A model generated the notes under the pieces. That model had not been told where the DNA came from, ran no database searches, and worked only from the letters and a program-made list of their open reading frames with translations. DNA of 63,993 nt, the filler included, from Diploschistes diacapsis (lineage: Eukaryota), in NCBI GenBank assembly GCA_023645945.1. It is 8 parts of 8 records of this genome, joined end to end, with 100 filler letters (N's around TTAATTAATTAA, not from the genome) between each part and the next. Parts side by side here need not be neighbours in the genome. Positions count along the whole stretch, not along the records: positions 48,981 to 57,019 come from JALAIB010001207.1; positions 57,120 to 63,993 come from JALAIB010001342.1; 6 more parts are not named here. One strand, 5' to 3'. Positions 49,802 to 61,482 of this stretch are shown in pieces. A program made the position numbers and the translations under genes. Every line of letters begins with the position of its first letter. Positions within the stretch are counted from its first letter, which is position 1.

Positions 49802-51931
49802 AAAAGCAGTTTTCGGATTCGCGACGGAAGTCTGAACGTAGGTGCAGGCATCCTTTGACAGCTCAGTTTGATGCTTTCACACGATGAGGGCCGCGGGTGG
49901 AATATCAGCCAAAAGCTATTCCAAAGTATATAATATAGAAATCGTATCAGTGTCGGAAACCTTCCCCCCGATCATCGGCATCAAGCACGACGATCGATGA
50001 AAAGCGAGTACAGGGCTGTGTTGCTTGGACATTCTGGATGTCCCTGCCTGAAAGGATGGGCTCAGAAATTTCCATATACAACAGTAACCCCGGACTCTCT
50101 ATTTGAACCTGCTTCCTACTATGAATAGTAGGTAAGGGGGAGCAGGTTTTGGTCTTTATTTCTCGCTAGGGTAGCAATATGCACTGCAACACCCTTTATC
50201 AAAATCCTGTGGTCATTCAAGTAAGGTCCCCACGCGCTTGTTGTTTTGGTCTCGCGACCTTGGCTGACCCCATTAAGAGGACAACCCGAGGAAGGTGCCC
50301 CGACCTGGCGTGAGCCCCAATACGATTGGGCACCCGCCGCAAACGAAATTGCAGGCCGATACGGAACCATATCAGGGAGAGGAATCGAACCTCCCAGCCA
50401 CTCCCCCAAGTCAAAACAATTCAACACAAATATAAATGGATGTTGTGGTTTGTGCACCACAACAAAGACCTTGAACATAGTCCCAAGGGCAAAAGCCAGT
50501 TGGATAAAAGTCCGCTGCAGCAGATGCCCCGGGTCAGACTTCAATCACTGGAGGCTGGAGACGATCATACATGAGATAAACTGCTCCAGTAGACGCTCCT
50601 AACCGACCAACGTCCTTTAGTGTAGTCCGAATACATAAGCTGAGAGAATAAGAATTCCAATACAGCAAATCTCCGGGCCTAACCTCAGAAGCGGTAGAGG
50701 TAATCATGCGATTGAGAGCGACCTCTCTAGCAGATGCTCCGTTTCGCCCAAATTGTCTTGCTCGGTCCATATAATTGATAGTGCTGTAGACATCTTGTCT
50801 AGAGCAGCTATCGAGGATATAGACTGAGTTGGGCGCACAGTATCACCAAGCCTCTCTCATGGCCTGATAGCTGTGCTAATGTGTCCATGTGCTTCATCAA
50901 GTGAGCGAAGGGGTGACCCTTCTCCTCAATATCCGAAGGCGCGCCCGCATGTTTTCAAAGTGTTGCGTGTCAAAATATTAGCAACGAGATGCAGCTTCCT
51001 GCAGGTCATTACGTAAGGGTACAATGGCCGGCTCGTCTTAGCTTCACCCGAAGGCTAGTAGACTCCAACACCACGATGAGGTGCGAGCTATTCGTTGGAG
51101 ATGTCAAAGTAGGGCCTTGTCTGTAGTGGAGGTTTTCAATCGTTCGGTAAGGTGTGCGATGGTGTGCGATGGTAGGCATTGAAGTGATAGGTATGGAGGA
51201 AAGATGATGAGAAAGAAAAACCAAGCTGATGCAATATGGCGAGAAGAAACAACGATTGTAGTTCAATAGAGATGGATTGAGTGCAGAAGGAAAGAGTGAA
51301 AGGAGGATGGGAAGCTGGCCTTTAAGTATGGAAAAAGACAGCCCTATGCAAGAAGATGCGCTAGTTACCGATGTGGTGGGGAAATTGCATTCATTTCGGC
51401 AGTCTCGGGACATCGGAAGAACCGGCGATACCTAGCTAGCTAGACCTTTTTTCTGGACTCAATTAGGCACTGCATGCTGCATTAAAGCATCATGGGGCTC
51501 GGCTCTGCGAGTAGATGTTGTAGGGGTGACATGTCAGAACAGCCTTTTATTGCAGTCCGCATCGCAAGCCAAGATGGTGATCGTGTAAGCCAATAACGCC
51601 TTGTTGTTAAGTCGAGATTACATGCTGCCCCAGGTGTTGGTCGCTTATGGAGCTAGCATTATGTTGGTGTGAGAGGTCCATTAGTCTATTTTCCGGTGCT
51701 AACACTTTCCTCCGTCCGTGGATAGATCGGATGGGATGGGCGTCCTCGTTCGGCCTTGAACTTTGCGAGTTCATCTGGCGTATTTGAGTATTATGAGTAT
51801 CTAGGTTCCCTCGAGGCCATGCTATAAGATTGAACAGCCCTCATCTCCCAAATCATCGACTACCCTCACTACGGACCAGTCACGTTTGAATCTACCTCGA
51901 TAGGGTCAAGACAAGTAAAGGGAGCAGCACC

Positions 51932-53206
51932 ATGAAACTCTCACAAGAAGTCGCTCGTCCGGCTTTCTCAGTGCCGGACTCGCCCCTTATCAGCTATGGC
52001 CGCCCATTCCCTGAGCTATGCCGTAAATACGCCGACGAGACATTCAAGGCATTAAAGATCTACGTTCTCATTTCCCGTACACTGGCCAACAAGACCCCCG
52101 CTTTGAAGCAACTGCAGGAGGCCCTTGGCGACAAGATCGTGGGCACCAGGATCGGAATGACACCACACACCTTGTTCAGTGAGTGTTTGGAGGTCGTCCA
52201 TGAATGCCGTAGACTTGAGGCCGACTTCATGATCACCGTGGGCGGGTCAAGTCTGACGGATGCCGCTAAGCTGGCCGCTTTCGTGAGTTTATCTTCACTC
52301 CATCGTTCCATTGTTCTGATAGTCTTCGGATAGGCCTTGGGCAATGATGTGGAGAATGAGAATGACCTCGTCAAGCTCCCTTACAACCTTAGAAGCGTAG
52401 CCGCAGGCGTTAAGCCCCCCAAGTTTCCGTTCATTAGCGTCCCGACTTCCTTATCGGGTGCGGAATACAGCATATACTCGGGCGCCACTCGAGACAGCGA
52501 TCATTGCAAAATGCAATTCAGTGCGCCTTGCGAAGGACCGAGGGTCATCATCTTGGACCCCGAGCTTTGCCTCCATACACCAGCAGACTTTTGGCTGAGC
52601 TCTGGCGTACGGGCGATTGACCACTGCACAGAGTCCTATTGCGGACTGAGGCGTATCAAAGAGGTCGACAAGGCATGTGTCGAAGGCCTAAAGCTGCTGG
52701 TTCCTGGGCTGCTCAATTCAAAAGCCAACCCGTCAAATCCCGAACCGAGGCTTGAGTGCATGTTAGGTGTCAACCATGCAATGACTCCTTTGCGATACCT
52801 TGTCTTTGCCGGAGCAAGCCACGGAATTGGCCACAACTTGGGTCCACTGGGTGTCGGCCACGGCGAGACGAGCTGTATCTTACTTCCTGCAGTATCCAAG
52901 TACAATGCAAAGCGAGGCGCGAACGTTAATGAGCAGAAGGCAACCGCAGAAGTGTACTGGGCCATCCCGGAAGCAAGGACTCTGTTCGAAGCCGAAGGCC
53001 TGAAGCAGGAGTCAGCGGATTTGGGGGACCTCCTTCACGTTATCTTCAGAGCGCTGGGAATGCCACGGACCTTGACTGAAAAGGGGATTGGCAGGGACAA
53101 GTTTGATCTGCTAGCCAAGAATAGCTTGGAAGACGTGTTGGTCAAAACCAATCCGGCGAAACTGGATGAGAAGGATGTCAAGGAGATACTTGAGATGTGT
53201 CTCTAA
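51932..53206 (+). CDS. Iron-containing alcohol dehydrogenase / maleylacetate-reductase-like protein; intron 52283-52333
   Basis: ITVGGSSLTDAAK, VPTSLSGAEYS, IILDPEL, SGVRAIDHCTE, GASHGIGHNLG, GVGHGETSCILLP. Confidence 0.88.
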
Positions 53207-53266
53207 GCTGAGGGTATCTGAAAACCACGGTGTGGTGCAAGCGACAGCTGTAGATTGACCAGATAA

Positions 53267-53772
53267 GGCCCTGTTTGGTGGTCAGCGTAGAGCATGTGTA
53301 GAGCTCCTACGTAGATTGTACGAGGTCACATGACACTCTACGCTCCCACCAAACGCCCCTTTTCGTAGAGCTCCTACGTAGACGTCATAGGAGCTCTACG
53401 ACCACTACGACCACTACGACCATTATCGAGACCTCGAGAGATCTCGACAAGCTCTACGTATTGATCCAAAATGGACCGAAACCCTATCGCCGCCGCCCTC
53501 ACCGCCCATTTCCCCACTCCCATCTGGCCAAAATGGACGATTTTTGGTCCAGATATCACGAAAACAAAGACAGGATAACCGTTATTTTGCTCGCTGATGT
53601 TCCGCAACTGTGCGCGGCCCAGCATTACGACAAATGCTACGCCTGCAAGGGCATTGTAAAGATGCCATCACCCATGCGCAGAGAAGGCTGGGAAGGCTGG
53701 AAGGCTGGGCCGAGGCTGGACTACTAGGCCGAGGATGGTAAGCGACAGCGTGGTGGGGCTGGCTGCCAAACG
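53267..53772. mobile_element. Second, inverted and truncated copy of the PIF/Harbinger MITE at 45574-46124
   Basis: TAA-GGCCCTGTTTGGTGGTCAGCGTAGAGCATGTGTAGAG matches the reverse complement of the right end of copy 1; similarity continues to GTGGGGCTGGCTGCCAAACGC; other TIR absent. Confidence 0.85.
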
Positions 53773-54006
53773 CCAACGCGACAATAGGACATAGCCTACC
53801 ATCTAGTCAGGCTCTCGAAAGGTCAAGTTGTGATTTATACGGTCAAAGATGACGGCCACCCCATTCCAGCCTTCTCCTTATCAAGGCTCCATGCTGCGAA
53901 ACGATGATGTGTAGGGGTTTGCAAGCCTGAGGTACTCCACGATTGATCATCGCCTTACCATCAGCGTTATACCTCACGAAGACAGACTGAAACATTCTGA
54001 CGAGGT

Positions 54007-56999
54007 ATGCGTCGCGAAGACTACACGGTGGGATGGATCTGCGTGGCGCAGACGGAATATGTGGCTGCCTGCGAGCTGCTAGACGAAGAGCACCCTTCAT
54101 TACCCACCAGCTCCGTTCACGACGACAACGCCTACACCCTCGGGCGCATTGGTGATCACCACATCGTCATCGCATGCCTTCCGAAAGGGAGGTACGGCAT
54201 CGCCTCCGCTGCCAGCGTGGCCAAAGACATGCTACGCAGCTTCGAGTCCATCCGAATCGGATTAATGGTCGGCATCGGAGGAGGGGCACCCAGCGATAAA
54301 CATGATATCAGACTCGGCGATGTCGTGGTCGGTTGTCCGGTTAAGAAGGAGGGTGGTGTGGTCCCGTACAATTTTGGCAAGGCGATTCAAGATCAGGAAT
54401 TCGAGCGAACCGGGTTTTTGAACTCGCCGCCAACGGTCCTCTTGACGGCGTTAAATAAACTGAGTGTACACCATGAAAGGAAGGGTAGTCGTATTGCTGA
54501 GTCGGTCCAAATGATGATTACCCAAAATCCAAGATTACGAAAGAAATACCAACATCCGGGCGCGGGGTATGACAAGCTATACGACTCAAGTTATAATCAT
54601 CGTGGCAGTGATCACAGGTGCGATATCGAATGTGATAGCGCATCTCCGCCGGTGCTTCTACGACCGCGGCGTGAGCTGGACCCGGATGAACCGGTGGTGC
54701 ACTACGGCCTTATTGCATCAGCGGACCAGCTGATGAAAGATGCGATTGCCCGTGACCGGATAACCAAAGAACATGATGTCCTATGCTTTGAGATGGAAGC
54801 GGCAGGGCTAATGAATGATTTCCCCTGCGTTGTGATTCGAGGCATTTGCGATTACTCGGACTCGCACAAAAACGACATGTGGCAAGGGTACGCGGCGGTC
54901 ACGGCGGCGTCGTATGCCAAGGAACTTCTTAGGATGATTCCAGAACATGAGATTGCCGACACACAAAAGGCGACTGCAGAGATGGGTGAGTAAATTATAG
55001 ATATTTACTACATTGGCCTTGGAAGGAGCAGGTCAGATATTGATATCTTTTCTTTTACTATAAGGGAAAGAGCTTGACGGGAACTGCAAAACTGCTTTCT
55101 TCATAGTCACCAGATAGATGCTAGATCACAAAAGATGTGTAACGCTAATCCTTTCCATGATGGCTTTAGTTAAACCTCTCTTCTCCGTACCGTATGAAAG
55201 AGATGTCAACTTCATTGATCGAAAAGATATCTTTGTTCAGATCGAAGAGCAGCTTCGTATGCATCACCGCGCCTCGTTATGTGGAATCGGGGGGGTCGGG
55301 TATGCTTTCTCCTTCGCGAACTCTCATAGGGGCTGACGGAGGTGTCAGGAAATCTCAGATCGCCATCGAATACGCTTACCGGTTTCGGCAGTCTCGACCG
55401 CAGAGTCATGTCTTCTGGGTGTACGCAGCCAGTTCGGGTACATTCCTGCAGGCCTGCCACGACATTGCACGGAGCCTGAAACTTCCTACATGTGACGACC
55501 CAAAGACCGATCCATGTGAATTGGTCTCCAAATGGCTCAAGGAGGAGGGTCATAGTTGGCTGATGATTTTGGATAATGCGGATAATGCAGAGCTCTTTTT
55601 CTCCTCAACTGAATCGGATGCCCTACCTGCTACCCTTATGCAAACCCAAAGTTCTTTGAACGACTACCTTCCAAGTGTATTAAGTTCTCAGAAATCGTTG
55701 CTCGTGACGACAAGAAGCAGACCTCTAGGTGAGGATCTTGCCCATGGAGAACTGTGTGTGGGGGTGCATCGCTTTTCATTGCAAGAGGCGAAAGACTTAT
55801 TACAGTTGAAGATGAAGGGGCTTAAGACTTCTTTCGAGGTGTACATTACAGAAAGGCTACTGGACATTCTGGGATATATCCCACTAGCCATCACCCAGGC
55901 CGCGGCTTTTATTAAACGCAATCGAATGTCTATCAAAGGCTATTTAGCCGCCCTCGAAAAAGATAATCAGAACCTGACGGATTATCTGAGCCAGGATCTT
56001 CAAGACCCTCGGAGGCCGAGGGGTTTTCCCAATTCCGTCTTCCGAACATGGAAGTTATCCTTTGACCAGATCCTGACACAGGAACCCCAGACGGCAAAGC
56101 TATTATCCTTTATAGCGATGCTTAATCCACAGAGGATTCCGGAGAATCTGTTGCAACCGCTGGCTGAAAGAGATGTAGATTTCAGAATGGCACTAGGTAC
56201 GCTTGACGGGTTCGCCTTAATTACTCAAGAAAGTGGAAGAGAGACATATACAATACACCCACTCGTACAAGCATCGGTGCATTACTGGCTCGAACAAAGA
56301 AGTGAAAAAGCAGATTATGCCAGCCGAGCTTTGCAGCTATTAGCAAAGGAGTTCCCGAATGGTGAGCATGAGCATAAAGAAAGATGTGAATCATTGCTGG
56401 CGCATGCTCAAGCGGTATTATGCTATAATTATATATCAGAAGATGATCTCGGACACCGCGGAGCCCTTCTTTATAATATTGGATGGTTTAATGTGCAGCA
56501 AGGCAGATATATTGCTGCGTATCAAGAAGTCTCCGAAGCATACAAAATCAATCGAGAACAATTAGGGGAGGATGCGACTACCACATTAAACAGTCTGTCT
56601 TTGCTTGCATTGGTGCTTCGGTACCAGGGAAAGTATGAGGCGGCCGAGGAGATGAACCGACGAGCGCTGGAAGGGTATGAGAAGGTGCTGGGAGTGGAGC
56701 ATCCCGACACATTAGTTAGCGTCAGTAATCTAACATCGGTGCTTAAGTACCAGAGGAAGTATAAAACGGCCGAAGAAATGAACCGACGAGCGCTGGAAGG
56801 GAGAAAGAAGGTACTAAAATTAAAACATCCCGATATATTAATTAATCTCAATAATTTAACATTAGTGCTTAAATATCAAAAAAAATATGAAATAGCCGAA
56901 AAGATGAACCGACGAGCGCTAGAAGGGAGAAAAAAGGTACTAAAAGTAGAATATCCTTCGATATTAATTAACGTGGGTAATCTAATATTAGTACTTTAA
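54007..56999 (+). CDS. Fungal NLR-like protein: PNP_UDP_1 effector + NB-ARC + TPR repeats; introns 54986-55169 and 55300-55348; TPR array degenerating
   Basis: YTVGWIC, DDNAYTLGRIG, GLMVGIGGG, DIRLGDVVV, CFEMEAAG, IRGICDYSDSHKN; Walker A GIGGVGKS across intron 2; WLMILDNAD, LVTTR, IPLAITQAA; QGKYEAAEEMNRRALEG repeats. Confidence 0.92.
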
Positions 57000-57019
57000 T
57001 ATTAAAGGAAGTATAAAAC
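56620..57019 (+). repeat. 126-bp tandem repeats encoding 42-aa TPR units
   Basis: ATGAACCGACGAGCGCT recurs three times at 126-bp spacing; a fourth unit begins at the contig end. Confidence 0.9.
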
Positions 57020-57119
57020 NNNNNNNNNNNNNNNNNNNNNNNNNNNNNNNNNNNNNNNNNNNNTTAATTAATTAANNNNNNNNNNNNNNNNNNNNNNNNN
57101 NNNNNNNNNNNNNNNNNNN

Positions 57120-57551
57120 ATCCACCTCCACCCCCGCCACCTTCAGCAGTTCCTCACACTTCCGCAGCCTCTGCAGCATGTCCGCCTCCGTCGGTTTCCG
57201 CTTACCCCGCCGCGGCGGTGCGGGCGGGCGGTAGATGCATTCGAGCTTCGACTTGGCGCAGTGCGAGCAGGGGTGGACCTTGTTGCATTTCACTTTGCGT
57301 TGCTGGCATTGGATGCAGGAGATTAGTTTCTGAGGCTTGCTGGCGGGAGTGCTGGCGTTGGCGTTGGAGGTGTTGTGGCTGGGGGTGGCGGCGCCGGCGT
57401 CCCGGGGACGATGGTGCTGAGGAAGGCTCGGGTTGCGGTGGGAGTTGATAGGTGCCACGGAGATGGAGACGGAGCTGGTGGTGGAGGGGAAGGCGTGGGG
57501 AGAGGAGATTTGGGAGGAGGGCGAGACTTGGGAGTCGTTGTCATCGGCCAT
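57120..57551 (-). CDS. Zn(II)2Cys6 transcription factor, 5' part only
   Basis: SCIQCQQRKVKCNKVHPCSHCAKSKLECIY followed by a dimerisation helix; cut by the contig end. Confidence 0.9.
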
Positions 57552-58118
57552 GGCGAAAGGTGGGATTGAGTTGGTGGGAGTCCGAGGGTGTTGTGGGATC
57601 ACGGGGGCTCCATTGCGGCAAAGGCGACTAGGTCGTAAAAGTAAATAGAATATAGGCTGTGGAATGGCAATGAAATGAAATGAAATGAATAAAATCTCTA
57701 CATATGCTGTCGGTTAGCAAGAGATCGAGTAGATAGAAGGTGGTATGCAATCCAATATGCAAGGTGTATACGTGTAAGTTGTATGTATAACTATATGCTG
57801 CATAGAGTTTGTACTATTCAGCCGCAAGGATGCCAGCCCTATCAGGTTTGGCATGCAACAAGTCTTTCCGAGCAAGAAATGCCTTCCTTTTCCATCTTTT
57901 GAACCTAAGGTCTTTATTCTACGCGAACAATAGGCGGACAGAAAAAAGGTGAGAAGTGAAGTGGAAAGTGAAGATCTTTATTAGATTAAAAAGACTAGGT
58001 CATCGCTGCAAGTGCTGTAGACAACCGTTTCCCCAACCACCTTCCCAATGCGGCCTCCTTTCCACGCGATGCGACGCGAACCTGTAATCTATACGTGAAA
58101 ACCTAGCTAGCGCAACCT

Positions 58119-59961
58119 TCAGACCTCCGCCTCAGCCGCTGCCGCCGCCTCCAACTCAGCCGGCTTCTGCTGCTTATTCTTCTTGATGTTCCGCCACTCC
58201 ATGGCCAGCGCCCCAATTATAGTAAAGCACGCCATTGCCAAACCCGCATAGAACGCATCGACGATAGCTGAATTGTAAATCTCCAACACCTGCGGCAGCA
58301 GATGCGCCGGTACAATATTCCTGATGTCCGTCGCACCTGTGCTCACGACCGCAGCCGGGTTCACACCACCAAGCGCCTCGAGCCCGGCCGCGAGCTTGTT
58401 AGACAGGATATTCTGGCCCACGGAGATGAAAATGGCGCCGCCCAGCGACTGCGAGAAGACCATGAGCGAGGCACCGATGGAGACGTCGCGGCGGCTGAGC
58501 ACGGCCTGCGCGGCCAGATTGGGCTGCTGCATGCCGATGCCCAGCCCGATACCGAAGATGATCTGGTAGCCGAGCCACATGCCCTCGCCGGAGGTCGTGG
58601 TGAGCGTGGTGAGCATGCCTGCGCCGACGGACATAATGATCGAGGCGATGATCATGAAGGGCGTGTAGTAGCCGATTACGGTCACCATGATGCCGGTGCT
58701 CAGACTCCCAACGACGAGGGAGAGGACGAGGGCGAGGTTGCGCACTCCAGATTCGACGGCGTCGACGCCTTGAATGGCTTGGAAGTAGATGGGGATATAG
58801 TAAACAAAGATCATCATCGCTGAACCGGCTCCGAGAGTATAGAGCACACCCGCGAGGATACTCCTCTGCATAAAGATCCGAGGCGGTACAGTGGCGCCTT
58901 CCTGGCGAACGATCTGAACGACGACAAAGGCAACGATTAGAACGACGAAGAGGACGAGTAGCGCAATGATGCGGCCGTCGCTCCACGCGTACGTCGACCC
59001 ACCCCACTGGAGGGCGAGGAGCAGGCAGATGATACCCGGGAGGAAGAAAAAAGTGCCGAGAGGATCGAGCTGCTTCAATTTGTCCGCAGTCGGCATGGAA
59101 GCGGAGCTGGGAGCTTGGACCTTGAGGATGAGCGCGATGATTACAATAGTGACCGCGCCAATTGGTAGGTTCAGGTAGAAGCACCATCGCCAGGTGACTT
59201 GCTCAGTAAAGGCTCCTCCGAGCAAAGGACCCATGACGGAAGCAATTCCGAAAACACCGCCGATGCTACCGGTAAAGATTGGGCGCCTGTGGAGCGGAAC
59301 GGCGTAAACGATGATGATTAGCGCGCCAGAGAAGACTCCTGCAGAACCCAACCCGGCAATTGCACGTCCGACGATGAAGGCCACGGAGTTTGGTGCTGCA
59401 CCGCAAATAGCCGAGCCGATTTCGAACAGAACGATTGCAGCGAGAAAGACCCACTTGGGCGAGTAGAATTGATAGATGCGGCCGAAGAGCAGTTGAAAGC
59501 CGCAAGCCGTGAGCAGGTAGGCGCTACCGTACCACCCGACGTCTCCGAGCGAGTCAAACTGGTTTGTGATGGACGGGATAGCGGTGGCGATAATTGTCCG
59601 GTCCTGAGCCCGTAATCAGCTTTTGTTGGATATCCATAATAGGCAGATTCCATACCAGCGCTATCAGGAAGATGGCCAAATACAGCGAAAGCATGATCAA
59701 TGCCACGGCAACGCCTTTGGGGTAGACGGCCTCCGACTCGATTCGCGAAAGCTCCTCCTTCCTCGAGCCTCTCGCGGGCGCATCGTGCTGTGTCTCATGC
59801 TTCTCGAGCTCACCGTCCACGGAGTGTTGTTCGGCGGATGAGCTGTTTTGATGTGAACGGTGAGATACTGGGGCAGCGCCACCACCTATTGTGGAAGCTT
59901 TGCGACTGATGTTGCTGATCGTCTTCTCGATTGCCCCATTAGTCGCCGACAATTCCTCCAT
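58119..59961 (-). CDS. DHA2-family MFS efflux pump (AflT/TOXA-like); intron 59655-59604
   Basis: FLIALDRTIIATAIP, DVGWYGSAYLL, GRAIAGLGSAG, GPLLGGAFT, WRWCFYLNLPIG, LQWGGSTYAW, YYIPIYFQAI, GYYTPF. Confidence 0.92.
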
Positions 59962-61099
59962 GACGGTATTCTTTTCACTATCTATAGACAGAAGTGGATT
60001 TTAATGGGGGGTATTAACTATGGAGAGTGGGCGGAAGTGATGAACAAGGTGGACAGGAACGTCTCACATCATCAAAGAGGCAAGCGATACTGGCATATTG
60101 TACTATGCCAGGTGCAGCCACCTTATAGAATGAATCTGTTCTTTCATTGTTGCCCAGACAAGACCCGCCCCCGCCCCTTCGCTGTTTAAACTCGCGTCTC
60201 TCGGAGTTCCGGGACAGCCGAATGTAAGGTATGGCGGTTGATTGGAACGTTGTCCACTCTTGAGTTGATTTGCGCTATCCCGCCCCGTCATGATGATTTC
60301 TTTGAGTCTAAATTCTGCGTTAGAGCCGATCGGTTCCTTCTGTGGATCGGCACGTGGAGAATTCTAGCTGCTAACAGCTGGGCAAACGTTCTCGAAGATT
60401 GCCTAGATTAAGCCAACGACATGGCACTGCAGACCTGTCAGTGTTGGTTTTCGGAGCTTCGGACGAGATAACTTTGGCCCGAGTCCCGTGTAGAATTAAG
60501 TTAATTGCCCGTAATCGATAACCCCGCCGTGCCTCCTCACAGTGACTACTTATTACGTCCGAATTTGCGATGCTCCGGTTGCAGTCTTGTGGCAACCTAC
60601 TATGATGGTTCGTCCCTACTCTTCCCATGAACGTCTCGCTAATGCTCTGTTCGCCCACAGACTAATCGGATCGATTATTTGTACGATTTCGACACAGCTC
60701 TTATACAATTCTTATACAACTTCTTTTATATAGCTTTTATATAACTTTATTACATCCTGTTAAAAAGTGGAAGTGAGGGCACTAAATAGGCAGTAATGAC
60801 TAGTGAAATAAATGGTAAATAGCTTGCATACAATAATAAAATATTATTATTGTAGGAGGTAATGGTAATGAATGAAGACAATTAATAAGTGGATGGAGAT
60901 AGAGATTAAAGCTATAGACTGTAGTGGCATAGCTGACGTCGCTGCAGCAGCATCTATGACGATGCCGCCCACTATGGCTATATAGTGCTCGCTGGCCCCG
61001 CCTAGCTAGCCATAATCTTCACTCCACAACAATGAATTAGACGGTGGGAAGTGAAAGATGTTTTATAGATACTTTCACCTGATTATTACTAGTAATCAA

Positions 61100-61260
61100 T
61101 ATTTACCTAGTAATCTCCGATAATGTTGGATCTCCTAATCCAGCATAAATATTGGATCCAATTATCCAACATTTACTGGATCCATGGCCCAAATATTGGA
61201 TTAATAATCCAATAATCCAATCATCCTTCCTAATCTAGAACCTCCTGGAACCTTCAGGTC
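61100..61260. repeat. AT-rich cluster of TTGGAT/ATCCAA motifs, possible MITE relic
   Basis: Repeated AATATTGGAT and ATCCAA in both orientations; no TSD identified. Confidence 0.35.
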
Positions 61261-61482
61261 CAACTAGTTGCTTAGTCAGACAAACTAACCCATTTAGGTT
61301 AATAATCTGACACATCTTTTATTCAATCTTTAGACAGTTTTTTTTATCCAAATCTTATATAGTTTTTATGCAAATTTTATGCTAAAGATACATCTGGTAA
61401 TTTAATGGTTATAGTTATGATTAATCGATTATTAATTGAACACCAAGCAGCCTTCCGATTGACAAAGCAGCCTACAGTCACA

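Noticed and set aside
50372..50400. Minus-strand T-arm-like hairpin GGAGG-TTCGATT-CCTCT
   Set aside because: No D arm, A box or pairing acceptor strand found upstream, even allowing for an insert.
50119..51413. Several short minus-strand ORFs
   Set aside because: Possibly a relic, but no recognisable motif or consistent frame.
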